Shown here piece after piece: positions 58,175 to 64,000 of a DNA stretch of 64,000 bases. Made by a program: the position numbers and the translations under genes. Position 1 is the first letter of the stretch. Every line of letters starts with the position of its first letter. This DNA comes from a virus. Its lineage: Duplodnaviria; Caudoviricetes. The notes under the pieces were generated by a model that was not told where the DNA came from, made no database searches, and saw only the letters and a program-made list of their open reading frames with translations. The stretch covers positions 1-64,000 of the IMG/VR virus record IMGVR_UViG_3300020247_000002; one strand, written 5' to 3'.

Positions 58175-58860
58175 TATGTTAGTGGTATAAAAAATACTTG
58201 AGTTAATCTGTATATGTCGTCAGTAAAGAATCCTTCCTTATCATAAGGGGCATGAAGAACATTTGATGGATACATTACCATTCTGTTATATTTCATCTCA
58301 GCAAGGTGTATCAGATCCCATGGACCTACACTATCTGAAACATGTTCCTCTTGCCATATTCCATCTTGTCTAGGATTAACTTGTTGTCCTTTATATGTAT
58401 AAAACCCAGTGCCACCCTTACATTCTTTGGGTTTGTTGAGATACACGACACCAGCCCATCCCCTGTCCGATACATCTGATAAATCTATATGTGGTTTTTT
58501 TCTTCTATAATGAGACTGAGTAACATTGACTGAAAAGGAGACGTTCATACATGACATTTCAAATGCCTTTCTATCTTTCTGTTCTAATCCATACACGTTC
58601 TCTGCTATTTCAAGCCATATTTCGTGCATATGATCAAGATTCATATTCATATCTACTCTCTCGCCAGGAACTCCACCCAGTATTCTGGGACATTTGGTGC
58701 CTGGTGTTCTTAATGCCAGATTCCTTACCTTGTCTGGATTCTTGTAGAAGTTATCAATGTAAACTACAGGGAACTCCTCCCATCCCATGAGTTCTACAGT
58801 TGCGTCTACAGGGGTGTTGATAGCGAAGGTTTCCGCTTCATCGATAAAATACTTTTTCAC
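58174..58860 (-). CDS. DUF6445-like 2OG-Fe(II) oxygenase-fold protein, paralog of 47845
   Basis: IDNFYKNPDKVR, PHID, WAGVVYLN, GGTGFY, MKYNRMVMY...LH, RLTQVFF. Confidence 0.72.
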   Translation of the reverse strand: MKKYFIDEAETFAINTPVDATVELMGWEEFPVVYIDNFYKNPDKVRNLALRTPGTKCPRILGGVPGERVDMNMNLDHMHEIWLEIAENVYGLEQKDRKAFEMSCMNVSFSVNVTQSHYRRKKPHIDLSDVSDRGWAGVVYLNKPKECKGGTGFYTYKGQQVNPRQDGIWQEEHVSDSVGPWDLIHLAEMKYNRMVMYPSNVLHAPYDKEGFFTDDIYRLTQVFFIPLT

Positions 58861-58863
58861 TTA

Positions 58864-58871
58864 ACTAAATA
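58864..58871 (+). promoter_or_regulatory. T4-type late promoter variant
   Basis: ACTAAATA, 26 nt upstream of gp13. Confidence 0.6.
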
Positions 58872-58897
58872 CTTCGGAGAACTTATGAATAGAGGGA

Positions 58898-59716
58898 ATG
58901 GCAAAACCCAATAGTAAAGACGGATTGAAAGAATATGCTCTTAGGAAACTTGGAAAGCCTGTTCTTGAGATCAATGTTGACGATGATCAGATAGATGATC
59001 TAATCGACGATGCCATCCAGTTGTTTCATGAAAGACATGGTGAAGGTATTGATAGAGTATTCTTAAAGCATAAGATTACTGAACAAGAGAAACAAACCAT
59101 GATTGGTGTTGCTTCTACTACAACTGCAACCAGCACTGCTGGCGGCATTGCTTCTATCGACTATACAGAGGGTGCAAACTACCTTCCACTACCTGATACT
59201 GTTATTGCAGTCAATAAGGTATTTAAAATGGACTCATCCACCATCTCGGCGGGTATGTTCAATATCAAATATCAGATCTTCCTTAATGATTTATACTACT
59301 ACGGAGCGATCGATTTATTGAACTATGCCATGACAAAATCATATCTAGAAACTCTAGATTACATGTTGAATCCCGATGTTCAAGTAAGATTTAATAAGAA
59401 GAACAGTAGATTATACATGGATCTGAATGTAAAAGAACTAACTGATAATAATTTCTTAATTATAGACTGTTTTAGAGTTGTAGACCCAGAAAGTGAAAGC
59501 AATGTTTACAATGATCACTGGTTGAAGATGTATGTAACGTCACTCATCAAACGTCAATGGGGTCAGAATCTCATTAAGTTCACTGGTGTTAAGTTACCTG
59601 GCGGATTAGAACTGAATGGTAGACAGATATATGACGATGCAGTAGGAGAGTTAGAAAAACTCGATGAGAAGTTAATGCAAGAGTATGCAATGCCACCCCT
59701 AGACTTTGTTGGATAA
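58898..59716 (+). CDS. gp13: Neck protein (T4 gp13-like)
   Basis: LRKLGKPVLEINVDDDQIDD and KRQWGQNLIKFTGVKLPGG..LNGRQIY. Confidence 0.95.
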   Translation: MAKPNSKDGLKEYALRKLGKPVLEINVDDDQIDDLIDDAIQLFHERHGEGIDRVFLKHKITEQEKQTMIGVASTTTATSTAGGIASIDYTEGANYLPLPDTVIAVNKVFKMDSSTISAGMFNIKYQIFLNDLYYYGAIDLLNYAMTKSYLETLDYMLNPDVQVRFNKKNSRLYMDLNVKELTDNNFLIIDCFRVVDPESESNVYNDHWLKMYVTSLIKRQWGQNLIKFTGVKLPGGLELNGRQIYDDAVGELEKLDEKLMQEYAMPPLDFVG

Positions 59717-62005
59717 ATGCCTCTATCACCTTTCTTTTTACATGGATCTCCAAGTGAACAAAGACTAGTTCAAGACTTGGTGAACGAACACTTAAAATTG
59801 TTCGGACAGGATGTATTGTATCTTCCTAGAAGAATCATCAATCAGAACACAGTAATCAGAGAGATTACTGCGTCTAAGTTTGACGATAGTTTTAGATTGG
59901 AAGCATACCTTACTAATGTAGATGGATTTGGAACTCCTTCTGATGTTCTGACTAAGTTTGGTGTTAGAGATCAGGATGAGATTACTCTTGTAGTATCTAA
60001 AGAAAGGTATGATGATTTTATTACTCCATTCATAAAGCAGTTCCCAGAAGGGGAAAGGGCAAATGCGGCTCATCCAAATGAAGGAGATTTGATATATCTA
60101 CCTCTTGACAACGCTCTATTTGAAATCAAATATATTGAAAGAAAAGTTCCTTTCTACCAGTTAAATGAACTCTTCATGTATGAGTTTAGATGTGAGATCT
60201 TTGAACCAGAAGATGAAGTTATCGATCTACCTGATGGACTTACTGATAAGAATGGTGAAGATGTGGATGATGGTATCATCACTCGCGGCAATATGATTAC
60301 TCTTAGGTTAGAGAGAGATGATAACGAGAACGCTTTAGCATATGTGTCTCTGGCATCTACAGTTCCAGGCGTGAAATCAATTCAACGCATACAACTAGTA
60401 GATGATGGTAATTACAAAGGAACTCCCTCTGTACAGATCTTCAAACCAACCAGAGGAAACCAAGCAACTGGTACAGTAACTATCGCTGAAGGTGGTATTG
60501 ATACTGTATCTCTTACTGATGCTGGATCTAATTATCTCAGTGTTCCTAGTATTTCATTTACACCTCCAAACAAAACTACATCTGCTCAGATACAGTTTGG
60601 TAACAACTCACTCCATCATACATCTATAACAGATGTAATTGGTGCTAACTTTAAGTTTACAAATAACGTAGATGCTAGAGATACTGGTGATGGTAGATTA
60701 TCATTAAGTTTCTGGTTATATCCAACTAAGTTTGATCCAGCAGTGAATGGTGGAACTATCATGTGGACTGATAGATTTAAGATATACTATAGAGAAACAG
60801 GTAATATTATCTTTGCTTCTGGTTCTGGATCTATTGAAAATACTACACAACTGAATCTAAATGCTTGGAACTTTATCAGAGTAGAACAGTACAATACTGA
60901 TGCAACTATATCTGTAAATGGAACTGTAAGTAACAGTCTCAATACTGCAAACCCAATCATGTTCTTTGCAGGCGATCTCCTGAATTTAGGTGCTGATGCT
61001 TCAGGACAAGGTTTCATTCCTTCACAAACTGCATCATGGGAAGGTTACTTAGACCACATCACTATTAACTTAACTGGTGATAATGCACTTAGAGGTTCTA
61101 CTGCATCGCAAGTGCCAGGCACTGAAACATCCCAGAATACAGATGCACAAACAGGAACCACTGCACAGTTCATTCGTAAATTAGATAATGAACTTCCTAT
61201 AGTCAGAGCTACAACTGATGCAAATAGAGTTGTTTCTGCATTGACAATAGAATACGAGGGATGGGGATATACTTCAATTCCTATCATGACTATCGAACAA
61301 CCAGATATAGGAACTCAAGCAACTGCTGTTGCAATTATGACAACTAGAGATGGTATTTCAAATCAAGCTATTGATAGAATCTTACTAACAAATCCAGGCA
61401 CAGGATATACAACACCACCTCTAGTTGTATTCAGTGGGGGTAGTCCTATATCTGGAGCGGCTGCCACTGCTATAGTTTCTGATGCAGTTTTAGGACCTAT
61501 AGGAATTACTACTGGTGGTAGAGGATATACGTTTACACCTACAGTTGGTATTACTTCTGTGTATATACAACAGTCTAACGAGACAATACCTCTCTTACAG
61601 AACGCACAGGCAGAGGCAATCATTAGCACTGCTGGTACAGTTACAGAGATTAGATATAGTAATGCTGGTGCTGGTTATACTAATACAACCGCATATGTTG
61701 GTATCCAATCAGTAACAAGTGATTTCTTCGGAGAGTTTGAAATTGATGAGATAGTAACACAAGTATCTTCAGGCACAAGTGCATACGTTGCTAACTGGGA
61801 TACTGCAAACAACATCCTCAAAGTTGTTGCGGCAAGTGGTGACTTTATAGTAGGACAAACAATCGTTGGTGCTGCTGCAAGTTACAGAATCCTCTCTACT
61901 GATGAGGAATTTAATGACGTTCCTTTCGCTGCAAATGACGAAATAGAAACAGAGGCAGATCAAATTTTAGACTTCACAGAAAGAAATCCTTTTGGGGAAT
62001 TCTAA
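59717..62005 (+). CDS. gp14: Neck/head-closure protein (T4 gp14-like) with inserted LamG-like domain
   Basis: EQRLVQDLVNE, YLPR, LTKFG, PNEGDLIY.P, PFYQL and C-terminal DFTERNPFG; 762 aa. Confidence 0.9.
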   Translation: MPLSPFFLHGSPSEQRLVQDLVNEHLKLFGQDVLYLPRRIINQNTVIREITASKFDDSFRLEAYLTNVDGFGTPSDVLTKFGVRDQDEITLVVSKERYDDFITPFIKQFPEGERANAAHPNEGDLIYLPLDNALFEIKYIERKVPFYQLNELFMYEFRCEIFEPEDEVIDLPDGLTDKNGEDVDDGIITRGNMITLRLERDDNENALAYVSLASTVPGVKSIQRIQLVDDGNYKGTPSVQIFKPTRGNQATGTVTIAEGGIDTVSLTDAGSNYLSVPSISFTPPNKTTSAQIQFGNNSLHHTSITDVIGANFKFTNNVDARDTGDGRLSLSFWLYPTKFDPAVNGGTIMWTDRFKIYYRETGNIIFASGSGSIENTTQLNLNAWNFIRVEQYNTDATISVNGTVSNSLNTANPIMFFAGDLLNLGADASGQGFIPSQTASWEGYLDHITINLTGDNALRGSTASQVPGTETSQNTDAQTGTTAQFIRKLDNELPIVRATTDANRVVSALTIEYEGWGYTSIPIMTIEQPDIGTQATAVAIMTTRDGISNQAIDRILLTNPGTGYTTPPLVVFSGGSPISGAAATAIVSDAVLGPIGITTGGRGYTFTPTVGITSVYIQQSNETIPLLQNAQAEAIISTAGTVTEIRYSNAGAGYTNTTAYVGIQSVTSDFFGEFEIDEIVTQVSSGTSAYVANWDTANNILKVVAASGDFIVGQTIVGAAASYRILSTDEEFNDVPFAANDEIETEADQILDFTERNPFGEF

Positions 62006-62008
62006 ATA
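62001..62008 (+). promoter_or_regulatory. T4-type late promoter variant
   Basis: TCTAAATA overlapping the gp14 stop, upstream of gp15. Confidence 0.55.
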
Positions 62009-62029
62009 GTTTCATAAAGTGCTAATATT

Positions 62030-63112
62030 ATGTTAACGAATCACTTCTATCATGAGATTATTCGGAAGACAATCGTGTCTTTTGGAACACTCTTTAATAA
62101 TATAGAAATACAACATACTGACAAGTCAGGAAAGACAGTCAGTGTTATAAAGGTGCCAGTGTCGTATGGACCTCAGCAGAAATTTTTAGCTAGAGTGACT
62201 CAAGGTAGAGATTATCAAGATGGTGTTGGTACAACACTTACTCTACCAAGGATGTCTTTTGAAGTGGTTGGGATGAATTATGATTCGACAAGAAAGGTAT
62301 CAACTATGCAATCTTTCAAGTCGGTCAATAAGAAGACTAAAAATCTTGTTAAGACATTCATGCCAGTTCCATATAACATCAATATGCAACTGAGTATCCT
62401 TGCAAAATTGAATGAGGATGCGATACAGATTTTAGAACAGATACTTCCTTACTTCCAACCAGCATTTAATCTTACTATTGATTTGGTAGATATCATTGGA
62501 GAGAAAAGAGATATGCCTATCACTCTGGAGGGGATCCAGATGGAAGATAACTATGAGGATGACTTCCTCACCAGAAGAGCATTAGTATATACGTTATCGT
62601 TTGTTTGTAAGACATACCTATTCGGACCTGTTAACAACAGTAGTGACGGACTTATCAAGAAAGTACAGACAGATTACTATTCAGAGACACAAAACATCAA
62701 GATCGCAACAAGGCAACAAAGATATACTGCTGTTCCTATTGCAGTCCAAGATTACAATACAGATGACACCGCTAGAACAAATGAGGTTATTGATACCACA
62801 GTAACGGAATTTAATGTCAACAGTGCAACTCCATTCAATAAAGGTGATTACATACAAATTGATGATGAGAAGATGTTGATTAGAGGTGTATCTGGAAATA
62901 GACTAACAGTTAAGAGAGGTGAGTTTACTAGTGAAATTGTAGCACATGACATAAATATTCCTATAAATGTTATCAATGCTCAAGATGATACTCAAATCAT
63001 CGAAAGGGTAGTTGAGTTTGGTGATGATTTTGGATTCGGTGAAACTGTCACAGATTACAAATCAGATGGAACTATCTACTCTGAGAGCCAAAGTAGGGAC
63101 GTTGAAAAATGA
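62030..63112 (+). CDS. gp15: Tail sheath stabiliser/completion protein (T4 gp15-like)
   Basis: FYHEIIRKTIVSFGTLFNNI, VPVSYGPQQKFLAR, LPRMSFE, QILEQILPYFQP. Confidence 0.95.
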   Translation: MLTNHFYHEIIRKTIVSFGTLFNNIEIQHTDKSGKTVSVIKVPVSYGPQQKFLARVTQGRDYQDGVGTTLTLPRMSFEVVGMNYDSTRKVSTMQSFKSVNKKTKNLVKTFMPVPYNINMQLSILAKLNEDAIQILEQILPYFQPAFNLTIDLVDIIGEKRDMPITLEGIQMEDNYEDDFLTRRALVYTLSFVCKTYLFGPVNNSSDGLIKKVQTDYYSETQNIKIATRQQRYTAVPIAVQDYNTDDTARTNEVIDTTVTEFNVNSATPFNKGDYIQIDDEKMLIRGVSGNRLTVKRGEFTSEIVAHDINIPINVINAQDDTQIIERVVEFGDDFGFGETVTDYKSDGTIYSESQSRDVEK

Positions 63113-63546
63113 TTGAAGATGAGAACTTCGACTCTATAGATGAGGCACTAGAGGTTTCTTCTGAAATAATACAGAAAGAACCTGTTGCCAAACCTACAAG
63201 AACTAGTCCTAAACACCTCAAGTCTGATGAAGAAGACGTAGAGAAGGACTACAAATATAGTAGAGCTCAGTTGTATTCTTTAGTAGAGAAAGGTCAAGAG
63301 GCAGTGGACGGTGCATTAGATGTTGCACAACAGTCTGACTCTGCAAGGGCGTATGAGGTTGCTGGTCAACTTATCAAACACGTTGCAGATACAGCAGATA
63401 AACTAATTGATCTCCAGAAAAAAATGAAGGACATTGATGAGGTCAAAGAAAAGAATACTACCAATGTTACTAATAACTCTTTGTTTGTAGGAAGCACTGC
63501 TGACTTACAAAAGATGTTAAAACAAATGAAAAAGGACACCAAATGA
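63109..63546 (+). CDS. gp16: Terminase small subunit (T4 gp16-like)
   Basis: DYKYSRAQLYSLVEKGQEA, RAYEVAGQLIK, NNSLFVGSTADLQK. Confidence 0.93.
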   Translation: MIEDENFDSIDEALEVSSEIIQKEPVAKPTRTSPKHLKSDEEDVEKDYKYSRAQLYSLVEKGQEAVDGALDVAQQSDSARAYEVAGQLIKHVADTADKLIDLQKKMKDIDEVKEKNTTNVTNNSLFVGSTADLQKMLKQMKKDTK

Positions 63547-63794
63547 AAAGTTTCAAATCAATCAACGAAGAAGGTAACTGGCAGAGATTGAATAAGTATG
63601 GTGCAACCTATACTATTACTTTTCAATTTAGAGGACAGACTAAGTTCATTCAGATGTTTTTTCCTCAAAGAGCACGACCCTTAAAAAAGAATGTTCAGTA
63701 TGAATTGAACAAAGTATATCCAGGCAGTAAAGTCTTATACTTTGATGCCAGTGACAAAGACCCTACGAAACCCCTATTAGTAATTGACGCATAA
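63543..63794 (+). CDS. Hypothetical protein
   Basis: 83 aa between gp16 and gp17; QMFFPQ...V...L.KVYPGSKV. Confidence 0.75.
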   Translation: MKSFKSINEEGNWQRLNKYGATYTITFQFRGQTKFIQMFFPQRARPLKKNVQYELNKVYPGSKVLYFDASDKDPTKPLLVIDA

Positions 63795-63797
63795 ATC

Positions 63798-64000
63798 ATG
63801 CCTGATAATAATGTACAATACCTTGGAAACCCTAATCTAAAAAAAGCAAACGTTGCTCAGAACTTTACAAAGAAACAAGTTGCTGAGTTTTTAAAGTGCG
63901 CTCAAGATCCTGTGTATTTTGCACAGACGTATGTACAGATCATCAACTTGGATGAAGGTCTAGTACCATTCAAGATGTATGACTTCCAAGAGAAGTTAGT
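63798..64000 (+). CDS. gp17: Terminase large subunit (T4 gp17-like), partial, runs off the window
   Basis: Read manually: MPDNNVQYLGNPNLKKANV...FLKCAQDPVYFAQTYVQIINLDEGLVPFKMYDFQEKL. Confidence 0.93.
   Translation, partial: MPDNNVQYLGNPNLKKANVAQNFTKKQVAEFLKCAQDPVYFAQTYVQIINLDEGLVPFKMYDFQEKL

Noticed and set aside
324-62804. Many 60-147 aa alternative-frame and antisense ORFs in the track
   Set aside because: They lie inside well-supported genes, have shadow-frame composition and lack motifs. They serve as the baseline against which the 1239-aa ORF stands out.
1-64000. tRNA/rRNA genes, introns, inteins, homing endonucleases or integrases
   Set aside because: Intergenic gaps are very short and no such motifs were recognised by eye. 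tRNAscan-SE and Infernal were not run.

Overview
This window is a 64-kb segment of a T4-like cyanomyophage (Kyanoviridae-like) virion structural region. It runs gp25, gp6, a giant gp7-like protein, gp9-like, a second giant baseplate/fibre protein, gp8, a VrlC-like protein, fibre-associated genes, then gp13, gp14, gp15, gp16 and the start of gp17, with T4-type late promoters and rho-independent terminators. Between the fibre genes and gp13 lies an accessory island: three tandem Cys-rich paralogs, a tail-assembly chaperone, a GT9-like glycosyltransferase, ADP-heptose pathway enzymes, a carbamoyltransferase, a flavin-dependent halogenase, five 2OG-Fe(II) oxygenase-like genes and a methyltransferase. 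The most unusual signals are: (1) a 3.77-kb stop-free +1 reading frame nested in the 1551-aa gene, with codon-context evidence that it is kept open by selection; (2) a window-wide rule that Pro-Gly CCNGG sites occur only as GCCWGG/CCWGGC or overlapping GGWCC; (3) a candidate virion post-translational decoration system (heptosylation plus tailoring enzymes, with a recurrent G-[IV]-[SGAT]-[TS] motif in structural proteins). All counts are by hand and no database searches were run.
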